Shown here: in pieces, positions 25,101-39,098 of the stretch
Position numbering within the stretch: position 1 is the stretch's first letter
Layout of the letters: every line of letters begins with the position of its first letter
Assembly (NCBI GenBank): GCA_028534125.1
Contig: CM052817.1
Location: 68,264,001 to 68,328,000 of the forward strand
DNA: 64,000 nt
DNA from: Lama glama
Taxonomy: Eukaryota
Direction of reading: 5' to 3'
Made by a program: the position numbers and the translations under genes
The notes under the pieces: generated by a model
Seen by the model: the letters and a program-made list of their open reading frames with translations, nothing else
Told to the model about the DNA's origin: nothing
Databases searched by the model: none

Positions 25101-28100
25101 GTTGTGATCAGATGGTTCTACAGAAGATGAATTATGAAAAGTGAAAAATTAAATGTTTAAGTTAGTGTTAATCATGTACCCTGATAGAAAATCTTCAGTC
25201 AACAGTTTCCTGCTCTGAGAGGATCCAGGCAATTGCATATTCTTTATGACCATTTGGCCTCAAATAACTGTGATTTCCTACTCTGATGAATGAGGGTAAA
25301 TACTGTATGAGCCTGAGGACTCCTTTTGTTATGTCCAGAGGCACCTCTTCCTTGCTCTTTGAATTTTTGCCCTCTGAGTATGAAGGAAGGAATAGACGTA
25401 GTCGTTTGCCTGAAGACCTAGAAAAGAACTGCTCTAAGCCATTCACTCCATCGATATTTCCCTATGGCCTCTCTGTTCTCCAGTACCTTTTAGGTGAATG
25501 GTTCCTGTATTAGGAGTTGCTCCTAGACCCTAATAATCACATCAATCATTGAGGAGGGAGCAGAGTCAGAAGCATAGCCTTATAGAAGATAAAGGCAACA
25601 AGAAAATAGTTGCACAGGTGTTGTTCCAGTTACAATCTCTTCTATTCTTATATTCAGAGTTCAACTGTCTTAGAAATATGGCCTAATTAGGTACACATGA
25701 GGCCTTAGTTTTGCTTTTGAGCTGTGTGAGAGCACTAACTCCTAGGCAGACTGGTATGAGGATAGTGTCTAAAAACCTTGAACATCACCACTCATTCACC
25801 CTCACCCTCTGCCACTCAGGTTAGAGTGTATACTTACCAGCTGAGTTTAAAAGAAAATGAACAGCAGAGTTTTAGTAGATGGGTATAGTAAGATCTCTCA
25901 TTTCTAGAGGGCTTTAAACCTAGTAGATTTCATTTACTAGGGACAGAGATATATGAATTCTTAGAACAAGAATTGCAAACTGGTATATTCTGGTTACTGT
26001 TATATAAACCACTGATTGAATTTATGGTTCTAAGGGAATGTATAATTTTGTAATCCTAGTGGCAGATTATTCTCTATTAGAAATAAGATATTTCTTTTTA
26101 TCAAACTTTACATACAGCAATTACAGATGACTAAAGTTTTTAAATTTAAAAGCTTATCCTGATGAGAATCATTAGAAATAATCCCTTTTTTTCCCCATTT
26201 GTTTTCTGTATAATATTTGGGGTTGAAAAGAATGAATTGATCCTTGACATCAGGAAAAATATAAAATATGATAGTGATACATGATGTAACTAGTGAAAAT
26301 TTGCCTCAGTGCAAAGGCTCTGCCCTCCCTCCACCCTTTTATTATATGCTTCAACAAACCAAATCACCCTTTCCTTTTCCAGCAGAAGTGACTGAGCTAA
26401 GCAAAGGAAGAGGGTGGTCAAAGTCTTTGGAGGGAGTTGTATCCAAGGTGGAGAAAGGAAGGACTAAACAGAGCCTTTTCCCTCTATCAGTGATTCTTAA
26501 CAAGGTTCTTATTAACCCTAAGGGATATGGTAAATAGCATTATATTTTCCTATTTGTGCCAGAAAGCCAGGAATGCTAAAAGGTCACCATAACAAAGAAT
26601 TGTCTCATCAGTAAATATAAACATTGCCCTATTTTGGGGAAAATAAAACATAAAAGTTTGTCTTAGGACCTCTAGTCAGGGTGTAAGAATACTTTATTGT
26701 CCTAAACCATTGCTTTTCAAACTAGGACATCCATCAGAATCATTTGTTAAAATAGATTGGTGGGCCCTACACTAGAGTCTGAGCGGGGCCCTAGAATTTT
26801 CATTTGTAAGAAATATCAAGTAATACTGCTTCTGCTGCTTTTGAGGACCACAGAGTATGAAGTCTTACCATAGGTAACTGGTGTAGGGCATGTGTTGGCT
26901 GCTTTGATTTTAAAGTTTTACCGCCAAAACAAAATGAACAAGATCAAAGTTTTCTAAATTTTTTTTTATAACCTAAAAAAATTATTTTCGGGCCTTTAGC
27001 ATGGAGTACATCAAATATAAGAGTTTATGCATACCTCTGAACCATTTGGTAACTATGAAAACTTCTAATTTAAGCCAAATATATTAACAAATATAATTGA
27101 AAGTAGAAATATCTTGATAATGTAAGTAAGAGTAGCTGTCTCTTTCAAGAAACTTTTTTTTCCTGAAATACTAGTCTTAGAGTCTTATTTTTTTCCACTT
27201 CACCACATTGGATGAGACTCAAAAAATTAGCATATTTGTTTTCTTACTTTTAAAAAATTATTCTCCTGTGAGACAAGGTAAGGATATAGTCTCTCCAACA
27301 CTTTTTTTGTTTATATTGAATAACTTTAGATTGTAAGGCTGTTACATTTGGAACTTTTTGGCATTTAAAATACTAAAAACACACCAAGAGAATGAGATCA
27401 AAGGTTTTTTTTTCCTCCCCACTTTTCTGGGGAAAAAATTTTCTAATATAAATGTTTTTCGTTTCTCTAAGTTATACTTAGCTGTGAAATCCAAAACCTG
27501 ACCATATTTGACTCAGAACTCTACAAATTTATAACTGTTTTCTCTTCTTTCAAGACTGAGGTTCTCAACAAGCATTTTGGTGCTTCACCAAAAGTAATAC
27601 ACTCTCTTATTGAAACTGCATTTTAATCTGAAGCTAAAAGCCTCTAAAAGACAGTATATATAAATACGGACAGAATTTATATTAAATCATTTAAAATATA
27701 ACAAAGTTGCAAAGAACAAGTTTGCTGTTTGCTTAGTGGTGCTCTTTTGATTCAGTGCCAAATACTTGACATATAGTTGTAGAGACTGAGACAGAGATAG
27801 AGATATATCACATGCTTATTATATTATATTATATATTATGTATATGCATGATATAAAACAGATCATGTGTTAAATTCATCTCCTTTTCTAGTAGAAATTT
27901 AGAAAAGTCAGCCAAAGTAATAGTAGAAGGAATTGAAACTGGCAGAGAGGTGGGTACATTTTTACTAGGCAAGTTCTTCCTATCATTATAGCATTAGACA
28001 TTCCTTATGTAAAAATGTTAGTCATTTATAGGCTACTAGTTAATTGTACTTGGTAATACAAGAGGGGTAGTTCTGGTGGTAGGAATATTTTTATATAGAT

Positions 28101-28326
28101 TTTAATGAGTAGCCATTAGGTGAATTTTTTTACTTAAAAAATTAATATACTGTTATAATCTTTATTTGAAAGGAAGGTGACATAATGAGATAAAGAACTA
28201 GTAGAAAGGTTTCTATTTTTCAGTCTTACTTTTTTCATGTGGAATTTCAAAAGGTTTAGTTTCTTCATGTGGCATGTTAAAAGTTTAAGAAAAAGAGAAC
28301 AATGTAAAATGCACAATTTTATTATG

Positions 28327-28545
28327 CAGTTGACCCTTGAACAGCACAGGGGTTAAGAGTGCCAATCCTCCCTGCAGTCAAAGATCCCTGTATAATTTAT
28401 GGTCAGCCTTTGGTATACAGCATCCTTTAGTATCTGCAGTTCTGCATCCACAGATTGAGTTAGTACTGTACTATTTACCATGAAAAAAATCCACGTGTAA
28501 GTGGACCTGTGCAGTTTAAACCCAAGTTGTTAGAGGATCAATGTG
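28327..28545. mobile_element. MER8/Tigger2-type non-autonomous DNA transposon
   Basis: TIR CAGTTGACCCTTGAACA and decayed inverted copy gttgttagaggatcaatgtg; internal aaaaatccacgtgtaagtggacctgtgcagtttaaaccc. Confidence 0.8.
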
Positions 28546-28659
28546 ATTGTATAGTAATACATTACATTTTTATTTATTTAAGCCTTTTAAATTTAAACCT
28601 TTAAAAAAGTTTCTACTTTTTAAGATTTCACTTGAAGTGACACTTTAAATAATTTAATC

Positions 28660-30485
28660 AAATTCTCCTCAATTTTTTAACAGAATTTTTATCAAAATTG
28701 AGCAAGATTTTTAGTAGATATAGACAAACTTATTCTAAGTTTTATATGGAAAAAGAATTTGTAAAAGAGTAATAGAGAGAATCATTCTCTATGTTAAGAC
28801 TTACTGTATAGCTACAATAATTGGAAAGAGAGATGTTAGAACAGAATAGAGAACATACAAAAAGACATAGAAGCAATTCAATGGGAGGACAATCTTTTTA
28901 AACAAATGTTGCTGGATCAAGTGCCCATTCATAGGCAAAGAGAATGAATATCTAAATTGCATACTTTATGTAAAAGTTAACTCAAAAAGGATCATGGATT
29001 TAAATGTAAAATTCAAAACTATAAACTTTAGAAGAAAATGTAAAAACATGTAAAAAGGCTTTGAGAGCTGGGAATAGAAAAAGAGTTCTTATGCGTGTCA
29101 CCAAAAGCATAATTCATAAAAGATTTTTGGTAGTTGGACTTCATCAAAATTAAAAATGCTTGCTCTGCCAAAGGCTCTGTTACAAGGATGATAAAACAAG
29201 CTAAAGATTAGAAGAAAATATTTGCAAACCAGCAATACATGCAAATCTGACACAGAATTTGAATCTGGAATATATAAAGAATTCTAAAAACTCGTCAGTA
29301 AAAAAATAAACAAAAAAGAATCCAATTAGAAAATGGGCAAAAGACATGAACAGATATTTTACCAAAGGGTATATACAGTTGGCACATACGCACATGAAAA
29401 ACTTTCTACTTCTTAACCATCAGGGAAATGTAAATTAAAACTACAATGAGATATCATTACACACCTATCAGAATGGCTAAAATAAAAAAGAAATAAGACT
29501 AAATGTTGACAAGGATGTGGAGAAACCAAATCACTCACGCATTGCTGGTAGGGATGTAAAATGGTACAATCATTTGGAAAGTAGTTTGGTGGTTTCTTAC
29601 AAAACTATGGATACAGTTACCACAAGACTCAACAATTGCACTGCTGAACATTTATCCCAGGGAAATGAAAATTTATATTCATACAAAATCCTGCACATAA
29701 ATGTGCATAGCAAGTTTATTCATAATAGCCCCAAACTAGAAATAACCCTAATACCCTTCAATGAGTGAATGAATAAACAAATTCTGATGTATCCTTGCTA
29801 TAGAATCCTACTCAGCAATAAAAAGGAGTGGACTATCCATTCTTGTAACAACTTGGATGGATCTCAAAGTCATTACAATTAATGAAAAAAAGCCCATCTC
29901 AAAAGATTAACTATGCTATATGATTGCATTTATTTACCATTCTCAAAATGATGAAACTAGAGAGATGGAGAACAGGTTAATGATTGACAGGGAACAAGAA
30001 TGGCTGTGGAGAGGTGGCTGCTGTCAAGGGAGCTCCGTTGTGGTGATGAGGTGGTTATATGAACCTATATATGGGATCAAATCGCATAAAACTGTACATA
30101 CACTCACAAAAAAAGGTGAAAACTGAGCAAGGTCTGCGGTTAACAGTATTGTACTAACAATAATTTCTTAGCTTTGTTATTGTACTGAGGTTGGTTGGTT
30201 TGTTTGTTTTTACTTATTGTTTTTGTTTTGTTTTTTGCTTGTCTTTTTTTTCGCAGGGATAGTTAGGTTTATTTATTTATTTTTAAAGAAGGTACTGGGA
30301 ATTGAACCCAGGACCTCACATGTGCTAAACACACACACTGTCAGTGAGCTTTACTCTCCCACCCTGTACTGCAATTTTATAAGATATCACCACTGGGGAA
30401 GCTGGATGAACGGTTCACAGGATTCTATGCACTATTTTTGCAACTTTCTATGAGTTTATAATTATTTCAAAATAAAAAGTTAAAA
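28660..30485 (+). mobile_element. Old L1M: decayed ORF2 3' end and 3' UTR
   Basis: ccaattagaaaatgggcaaaagacatgaacagatatttt; aaaactacaatgagatatcattacacacctatcagaatggctaaaat; ends aaaataaaaagttaaaa. Confidence 0.9.
30188..30364 (-). mobile_element. tRNA-derived SINE nested in the L1 3' UTR
   Basis: ggtactgggaattgaacccaggacctcacatgtgctaaac; same family as the 18.4 kb copy. TGTACTG repeat at 30181-30187 and 30365-30371. Confidence 0.85.
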
Positions 30486-30817
30486 TATAATTTAAGTAGA
30501 AATATCAGAAAAGATCAAGAAAATAAAGAATATTGAAATATCTCTCAGTTCATCTTTTTCAAAAATACCAGAAAACTTCTGGAGGCCATTTATAAATCAA
30601 ATGATATTTTGATAAAAGGCAAGAACTACAAAATGAATAGTAGTGCAACGCTAATATACACAGGTAAACATTGAATCTCACTTTTGACAGTCCGTTTCAC
30701 AGGTTGCTACTCTCCACTCCCAGGGAAATGGAGAAAACCAAACAACATAATTTGAGTTTCTTTATATCCACATTGCTGCAGAATAGTTATTGGTATGATC
30801 TAGGGATAAACCTAGTA

Positions 30818-30955
30818 CTAATCCTGGCTGATAGTTTGCACGAGGGCTCCTGCCCTGCCACCAGAAAGCTTCAGGGTTCCTGGAAGATGCCATGGTGTCA
30901 CATGCATTATGGTGATTGGAATGTTATGTTCATGAGAAGTAGAGAAAGTTCTTTC
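30818..30955 (-). pseudogene. Candidate late/terminal exon remnant of nested antisense gene
   Basis: Acceptor ttctgtag|, then 45 open codons ERTFSTSHEHNIPITIMHVTPWHLPG... to TAG. True frame uncertain. Confidence 0.35.
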
Positions 30956-31149
30956 CTACAGAAAGCTTAGTTGTGTGCAGTTTTAATTATATGTTTGTAT
31001 TTCAAAGTACTGAAAAGTGGGACTGAGCGTTTTGTTTTGGCTGTCAGAATGGTTGAGTGAAGAAATTTATTTTGAACTTTAATCAACTCAGGTGTGAAAA
31101 TGACACAGTTGTATAACATTGTACTACTAACTAAATCATATGGAACCAC

Positions 31150-31299
31150 TTTGCTATAAACAAGGCTTGAAAAAGGGTAGCAAGATTACGTTCAAGCTTT
31201 ATGACCCCCACATCCTCAACAAGACTAAGTACAAGGCCAGTATCTACTTCAGTTCTTTACTGAGGGGAGCATTGGTAAGTGGGCGCACAGCTTGGGTAC
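31150..31299 (-). pseudogene. Candidate exon remnant of nested antisense gene
   Basis: tttaag| acceptor; contains TEVDTGLVLSLVEDVGVIKLERNLATLFQALFIAK. Needs a frameshift; 3' end uncertain. Confidence 0.35.
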
Positions 31300-32047
31300 C
31301 TTAAATCCACATAGCGTTGGGCTCACTGGATTTCTTATCTCTTATTTTCTTTTTCTGTTTTTAAGCCATGAAATCAGATTGTCTCCTTAGGAAAATACAG
31401 TGCCTTTTTTTTTTTAACATGTACTTAACTGTGGCATGTGATTAAAGAAAAAGTTAAAAGTCTTTTTTTTCTCTTGCAGTTAGATTTGTTGTAATTCCTC
31501 CCAGTATTATGTTATGCTTTGTTCTATCCTTTAGGGTTAGACTTCAGGAACCCTATTTATAGACCAGGTTTTTAAGTACTCTGCAAAGAGAGCCCATGAT
31601 GACTGACTACCAAGAAAGGTTTTAATGGCCAGTGTATCTAGGGTGGATTACATGGAATCTTATAGGGTTGCTTTTTAAAACAAAATAAATAAACATATTT
31701 GACATGAGGAAATATCTGTGCGAGGAATTAAATTTATCTGAATTTAATTTAATTAGATCATATGTCGAGTGTGAAATTATTAGGAAATTTTTATCTGTAT
31801 ACAAATGAACAAACAGAGTTTATGGGACAATCAAGCAGATTTGGGCCTATTCCTGACTCCACTAAGTCATTTGTTATAGCACTAGGCAAGTTTGAAAGTT
31901 ACCATGGTTTGTTTTAGGAATATTATGAATTCACTGATAAGAAACCTCAAATTATCCATTCAAGTGCATATTGTTTACTAGCATGTTTCAGAGATTGAAT
32001 TGCTTCAAAAGATTGAAATAGGTTTATGTGAGTAATGAAATACTTAT

Positions 32048-32204
32048 TTTTGAAAACCAGTACCAGGTGAAGGTGGTACATTCCAATTTGTGTTGAAATG
32101 TAGTTGGGATGGGACCATTTTCATTCAAGACCTTCCTGGTGAACAAATGTGGAGCACCTTCCCAGTCCTGCTATGTTTTCAGCAGCGCCCAGGTTTTCTT
32201 AGGG
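32048..32204 (-). pseudogene. Exon remnant (157 nt, phase 2-0) with dead donor
   Basis: tttccag|C-PKKTWALLKT*QDWEGAPHLFTRKVLNENGPIPTTFQHKLECTTFTWYWFSK|ATAAGT (GTAAGT with +1 G>A). Confidence 0.55.
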
Positions 32205-32422
32205 CTGGAAATGTACCCATTTCACAATAAGACTTTCCCTAAGAATTTCTTTCCTTTTTTTCCTTAAGAGTTTTTCTTATTATTACAAATAATGGGCACT
32301 GTAATAAAAGGCTTTGAAGTTCTAGAATGAGGCAGCTTTGAATGAAAATGTACAGAAATTGTACATTAACAATTAGTAGGTGAATTTTCAGTAAGTACCC
32401 ATTTTAAGTAGAGCAAAATTAC

Positions 32423-32520
32423 TGTTGGCGCCATCCAGAAGCAATGAAGAATAGGGAAGAATCTTTGCTCTACAGCAGAGCTATCTACGATAAAATATTT
32501 AGTTCTAGCTTTTAACATTT
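32423..32520 (-). pseudogene. Exon remnant (98 nt, phase 0-2)
   Basis: tcttcattag|KC*KLELNILS*IALL*SKDSSLFFIASGWRQ-CA|gtaatt. Three stops in this frame while another frame is open, so frame uncertain. Confidence 0.35.
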
Positions 32521-33053
32521 CTAATGAAGACAGATGAATAAGCAACCCCAAATACAGCATTACTTGCAGTTATGTATAAGCTACCCTTAAAGCTCTGAAA
32601 GACAACGTCTGTTTAGAATTAATGCAAAACCAGTTCTACATTCATTTCATTTTGTATATTTATTTGCCAAGAGGTATTTCCTCATATAATTTACCTCCTG
32701 GATTGACTTTCCAGACCACTTTTGAATATTTCACTCTAAGTAACTTAGTTTTTAAACTTAAAAACTCTTGATATTGCTAAACTTTCAAGATTTATTTTTC
32801 AAAATTATAAATGATATAATCACATTTAGGAGACAGAGGGAAGACTAATGATGTAGATCCTTCTTTTTCTGCTGATGGAAACTAATTACTATTATTTATT
32901 TCCTTTTAAATTGGCATTCTTTGTGCTATCCCAGATAATTTATGATTAAAATCACCTTGACTACACAATGAACTATTTTATTCTTTGCTTTGAATCCGCT
33001 CCTCTCAGCACTCAAAATCATTCATTATTTTTATTCAATTAGGCCTAACTCAC

Positions 33054-33171
33054 ATTGGAGAGATACCTGAAGCAAGGAAATGTCCCTAATAGCTGTGCAG
33101 TTGCAATAGTTCACAGGCTCTGCAAGAGTGTGTTCAAAACTGGATCATCAGAAGAATTTTTAAAAATTATC
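33054..33171 (-). pseudogene. Exon remnant (118 nt, phase 2-0)
   Basis: cttaag|G-IIFKNSSDDPVLNTLLQSL*TIATAQLLGTFPCFRYLSN|gtgagt. Confidence 0.55.
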
Positions 33172-34139
33172 CTTAAGTATAAGACGAAAGTATAGTCATA
33201 AATAGAAAACTGTCATTACTTAAATGGCATAAATATATGGTATTAGTAATCAATAGTATAATGTTTCTAGCTGTGAATATACTTATTTGTAGAAAATTAT
33301 TAAATTAATTTTATGTTGAAACCAGTGATTATTTTAGAAAGTTGGCTGTATTCTCTATACTTACGTGGGAACTTACATGCTTCCTAGGAAAAATATCTAG
33401 AAATTTTGCATATGATCACATTGCAAATATTTTATAGTAACAGAGTAAACTCAATTCCCAGGACAATTCCTTATCTTAAAGCAAACTATTTTATTTATTT
33501 TTTGAGTTTTTTAAAAAAATTGTTTACATATAAGTGAGATTATGCAGTATTTGCCTTTGACTTACTTCATTTAGCATAATGTCCTCTAAAACAAATTATT
33601 TTGCATGGTGATTTTACTCTGATGTGTCTACTGCAATGAGAAATCAAAGGTATTTTTGTGGCAGTGTGTACGTGGAACAAACTAGCCATGAAAAACTGCA
33701 GGGTTTTTTGCAGGGGAGAAATTAGATAGGGCTAAGCCCTCTTTTTTTTTTTAACAACTTTATTGACTAAATACTTCCTTGCCCTTAGAGACATATTCAC
33801 TCTTAAATTTTTTCAGCAAAACAAAGAAAGAGAGAAAACCAAGCTGCCAAAGGCAGTATTAAATAAAATGGCCGAGAAAATTGCTTTGCAGTCATGCTTA
33901 TCTGCTTTCATCTAATGTAGATGGTGTACTGTAAAACTGAGTAATTGTTGGAGTATAATGATCTAACCAAAAAAAAAGTTTTAAAGTAATTTTCTTTGTT
34001 TATAAAATAAGTGCTTTTGATAGGTTTCTTTCAAGTAACCTTAAATCTCACTAATAAGCAATATTCAAATTTATAGTTATTTTTCATTGGATATTAGATT
34101 CTGACTTACATTCTTGATCAAATTCTATGAAAAGTGATT

Positions 34140-34600
34140 TTATGAGTCAGATGCCAAGTGGGAAAAGATGGCGCATTCAAATTGGGAATCTCTGAGGAAG
34201 ATTTATATGTAGAGATTAATTATAAACTTGTAAGACAGGATCTTAAACCGTAAAGGGATAGAGCAGGAAACTGTCATTAGTCACAGAGCTGTTTCTACCT
34301 CTAGGCTTGACTGAGAGGAAAAAGGAAAGAGAGAAAGTCCCTTAGAGCAAGCTGCTTTGATAGGGGCAGTAACCTTCGAGCAAGAGACAGAGTCAGGCTC
34401 AGGGACTGTAGGGGTGGGAGGAGAGGAAAATTACCCTGCCCTCAGTCACTGTCTGGTCTCCTGCTGGGGTTTCGAACTGGCCAAACCCACCCAGATTCCA
34501 AAGGGCAAGGAAGCCTGTTGAAGCATCCTATACAGGTCATATACTAGGGCAGGGAGCAGGTTGAATTTGGGGGAGACAAACCTAAGGTATCTGGCAGAGT
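34140..34600. mobile_element. Old LTR fragment (ERVL/MaLR class)
   Basis: Purine-rich segment with ggccaaacccacccagattccaaagggcaaggaagcc motif; family uncertain. Confidence 0.4.
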
Positions 34601-34691
34601 AATGGAAATTCAGAGCTGAGAGAGACAATAGAGGTCACCCAGAATGAGGAAAGCTGAGATTTATGGAGAGATGAAGCAGTGTAACACACAC

Positions 34692-34834
34692 TTGAGACAC
34701 ACTGTCTGTCAGCCAGCTGTGTCCACAACTGGAGCGCTACATCCATTATGCTTGGTAATTATGCCATAGTCCCCTCTTACAGCATCTGTGCAAATCTCAT
34801 GTGTGAAGTTACACTGATTTGTATTGCTGTTGTC
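34692..34834 (-). pseudogene. Exon remnant (143 nt, phase 0-2)
   Basis: ttttgctag|DNSNTNQCNFTHEICTDAVRGDYGIITKHNGCSAPVVDTAG*QTVCL-AA|gtgtgt. AA plus the first G of the next block gives Lys. Confidence 0.55.
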
Positions 34835-35239
34835 CTAGCAAAATTAATAAAATTTGAAATTTATTAACCTGGCGGCTGGGGTTTGCACCTTTAAAGGAAA
34901 TGTTTTGAAATAGTAGTTTGTCCCATAAATCTTATATTAGCCCATACTATAGTTGCCTAAAAATTACTTTCAATGACCATACCTGTTAAAGAAAATTGCT
35001 TTTTAATGTGACTTCTTAAATCCTAGAATTGTTGAGTTAAGATAGGGAGAGGACATATAATAACCCTCTAACTATTGGAATCTTTGCTTCAGAGGCTTAA
35101 AATTTGGAACTCCCCATTTGATTAAAATTAAAAGCAGTCTATAAAACTCTTAATATATTAAAAATTTCCACTGCCAAGATGAATTCTCTCCTTCATTGTT
35201 GAAATATGGTTACTTTCAACATTTTCAGCTATTTTTTAC

Positions 35240-35714
35240 CTTATTCTTTTCAATATTCTGTTAATACCATCTGGTCCTATTATACCAAGTAATTTTCCAC
35301 TTGTTGAATGCATTTGTGTTCAACTGGATGTAAGAGTGGGAGCATCTCTTCAAATTCAGCTCATGATCTGAAAACCCTTGATGACAATGCTTACTCTGAA
35401 ATTAGAAATCTCTTTTGTGAACAGCAAACTTTATGCTTTTTTTTTTCACACAAATGGTCTCTGTGCAGTCCGGGTCTGTTCCTCCTTTCTCATATAGCTT
35501 GTGCTGTTAGCAATAATGAGTAAATTCTTAAATCAAAACAGTAGGTTATTGCCAAGGTTTTTGTATCTCTGTATCAAGGAGTAGAAGAGATCAATGTCAG
35601 CTGGGCTCTTCTGCTGCATCTGTGATTATATTTGATTGTAAATCCTGCATTGTACCCAGCCTATTTTACAAGGAGATACATTCCTTTGATTTGCTACTAG
35701 TTAGGTTCAAATAC
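35240..35714 (-). pseudogene. Exon remnant (475 nt), several stops and frameshifts
   Basis: ttctatag|VFEPN**QIKGMYLLVK*AGYNAGFTIKYNHRC...; later AEFEEMLPLLHPVEHKCIQQVENYL and LGIIGPDGINRILKKNK|gtaaaa. Confidence 0.5.
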
Positions 35715-37270
35715 CTATAGAATATAAAAGGTTCTAATGAAAAAAAAGAGTATTCAAATATAAATGCAGCATCTTCTCCTTTTTAGAATGCAATAAACTG
35801 TAATTAGCTAAAATATATTCTAGCTTTATACTTTCCCTGTATCTTTAAATATTTTCCTTTCATACTGTTTGTCAGGCAGTGTGATAGAACTTGTCATTTA
35901 ATGTCAAGCCATGTTAAAGAATTCAGCTACTTCATACATTTATGGTGTTTGCTTTTGAAAAATTTTTTAAATTTTGAAACATAATACAACCATCCCCTAA
36001 GATAACTGCTCATTTTTAATGATTCTATAATATTTTACCAAATAGATTTAATATATTTTGCTTATCTGCAGTTAAATATGAAGTTGCTCTCAACTCTCAC
36101 ACTACAGATAACACTACAATGAAAACATCCTGCACATAGCTTCTCCTACTCTTTGAATTATTTCTCAGAAGTCAGATGATAGAGTCAAAGGATGTGAACA
36201 TTTTTGTTGCTTGTGATGTATATTGCTAAATTGGTTTCCAAAGGGGTTTTAACTAGTTTGTTTTACCATCAGTAATGTTCAGAAGCCTTTGCTTCTCTCC
36301 TACTTTCATTAACATTTGTTCATCAAACTTTTTTGGTAAATTTTACAGGGTAATAGGCATAACTTGTTTCATTTTGTGTTATTTTATCATAGCAAGTTGA
36401 ATATTTGCATTTATTTTGCTTAATATCTGTTTCTTGCTAATTTGAATGAGTTCCTTAATAAAATTATGAATCTTATGTTCATGTGCTAGAGATATCTTCC
36501 TCAGAATATTGTTTGCCTTTTTTTAGTTAGCAACATGTTTTTCTTAAAGCTGAGAAATTCCACAGGTTTTATGTTTTAGTTCTATTTTGTGTACAGAAAA
36601 CTGTAGCACAAGTAGGCAGTTTCTGTAGATCCTTAAGGCAGTGATGGTCTCACATAGGCTAAACCATAGCACAGAGCCTGAAAGCTCTAGAAGTCAGCTA
36701 GCAATGGTAAGATCAGAAATCTGAGATTATTTTTTAAGCTGTGTGTTGTTTTATTTTATTATTTTCTATTTGTTCTACCTTAAGTATTTAGCAAAGTCTT
36801 TTTCAAATACCAGCCTGTCTCCATTGTGCTAATGGGATCCCAAAACAGGTTATTTTATTTTTTACTGAGAGAAAGTAAGATATCCCGTAAAGGTGGAAGT
36901 GATAATTCAAGTGAAACCCATTCAAAAGGTGAAGCTCAAAGGGACAGAGTGGAGGCTGCTTGGTCCAGTTGTCTTACACCTTGTGGGTTAGTGGTTGGTT
37001 TTAGTTCAGTAAAGAAGGAGATTGCCTTACCAGATACTATCTCTTCCCCAAGACAGCTCCTTGAGGGTGGATCAGGTATTCATGTTTATAACTCATTCCT
37101 GATTGACTGACCAGTACAAAGAAGGCAGAGATTTAATTAATTCCTGAATGAAATAATGAATGAATCAAAGGGAGAAAATACTATGAGAAGCAATTGGAGT
37201 TAAAAATGTGATACTGATTCTGACCACTGAATGTCTTCAGAGGAAGAAAATAAATTAAGAAATATCTCCT

Positions 37271-38476
37271 TATTAAAATGTCCATACTACCCAAAGCAAG
37301 CTACAGAGTTAAAGTGATCCCTATCAGATTACCTGGGACATTTTTCACTGAACTAGAACAAACAATCCTAAAATTTTATATGGAACCACAAAAAAAAACC
37401 AGAATTGCCAAAGCAATCCTGAGGGAAAAGAACAAAGCTGGAGGCATAACCCTCCCTGACCTCAGACAATACTCCAAAACTACAGGAATCAAAACAGTGT
37501 GGTATTGGCACAAAAACAGACATGTCGATCAATGGAAAAGAATAGAAAGCCCAGAAATAAACCCATCCACCTACAGTCAATTAATCTTTGACAAAAAAAG
37601 CAAAAATATACAATGGAGAAAAGACAGTCTCTTCAGCAAGTGATGTTGGGAAAACTGGAGAACCACATGCAAATCGATGAAGTTAGAACACTCCCTTGCA
37701 CCATACACAAAAATAAATTCAGAGTGGCTTAAAGACTTAGTTATAAGATATACCACCATAAAACTCCTAGAAGAGAATATAGGCAAAACATTCTCTAACA
37801 TAAATTGTAGCAATATTTTCTTAGGTCAGTCCCCCAGGGAAATATAAATGAAAGTAAAAATAAACAAATGGGACCCAGTCAAACTTAAAAGCTTTTGCAC
37901 AGCAAAGGAAACCATAAACAAAATGAAAAGACTACTTACGGACTGGGAGAGAATATTTGCAAATGATGTGATCAGCAAGGGCTTAATTTCCAAGATACAC
38001 AAACAGCTCATAAAACTCAACAGAAAAACCAAACAACTCAGTGAAAAGATGAGCAGAAGACCTAAATAGACATTTCTCCAAAGAAGGCATACAGATAGCC
38101 AACAGGCACATGAAAAGATGCTCAACATTGCTAATTATTAGAGAAATGTAAATCAAAACTACAGTGACACCGATCAGAATGGCCATGATCAAAAAGTTTC
38201 CAAATAATAAATGCTGGAGATGGTATGGAAAAAAGGAACCCTTCTACACTGTTGATGGGAATGTAAATTGGTGCAGCCACTATGAAAAACTGTATGGAGG
38301 TTCCTCAAAAAATTAAAAATAAGTCTACTATATGATCCAGCAATCCCACTCCTGGGCATATATCTAAAACAAGATGAAAACTAAGACAAAAAGATACATG
38401 CACCCCAATGTTCACAGCAGCACTATTTACAATAGCCAAGATGTGAAAGCAGCATAAGATGAATGGATAAAGAAGT

Positions 38477-38513
<37 letters not shown>

Positions 38514-38954
38514 ATTACTCAGCCATAAAAAAGAATGAAATATTACCATTTGCAGCAACATGGATGGACCTAGAGATTATCATACTAAGTGAAGTAAGTC
38601 AGACAGAGAAAGACAATACCATATCACATATGTGGAATATAAAAAAATGATACAAATGAGCTTATTTACACAACAGAAACAGACTCACAGACATAGAAAA
38701 TAAACTTATGGTTACCAAAGGGGAAAAGAGGGCAAGGGATGAATTAGGAATTTGGGATCAAGAGCTACATACTACTATATATAAAATAGATAAACAACAA
38801 GGACTCTAGCACAAGGAACTATAGTCAATATCTTACAATAACCTATAATGGAAAAAAATCTGAATAAATTATATATGTATAACTGAATCATTTTGCTGTA
38901 TACCTGAAACTAACACAGTATTGTAAATCAACTATAATTCAATTTTTTAAAAAA
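37271..38954 (+). mobile_element. 5'-truncated, relatively young L1 (ORF2 C-terminal part + 3' UTR)
   Basis: [10 protein letters not shown]...[15 protein letters not shown]...[22 protein letters not shown] and [19 protein letters not shown] are L1 ORF2p. Frameshifts and stops present. Ends ttgtaaatcaactata. Confidence 0.97.
38481..38510. repeat. (TG)15 microsatellite within L1
   Basis: Perfect run. Confidence 0.97.
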
Positions 38955-39098
38955 TTATTTCCAAGATCTGATTTTTTAAAACTTATCGAAAATAACAATG
39001 TTTGCAAACGTCTCTATGACTCAACAAAAATGGACTTTTTTCTTTTCATTTTTACAGTGAGACTCATGTTTTTTAACAGAATGGTCAATGAAATTGAC

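Noticed and set aside
37278..38192. ORFs as host genes or an active L1
   Set aside because: Fragmented L1 ORF2 with stops and frameshifts; no 5' UTR, ORF1 or endonuclease region.
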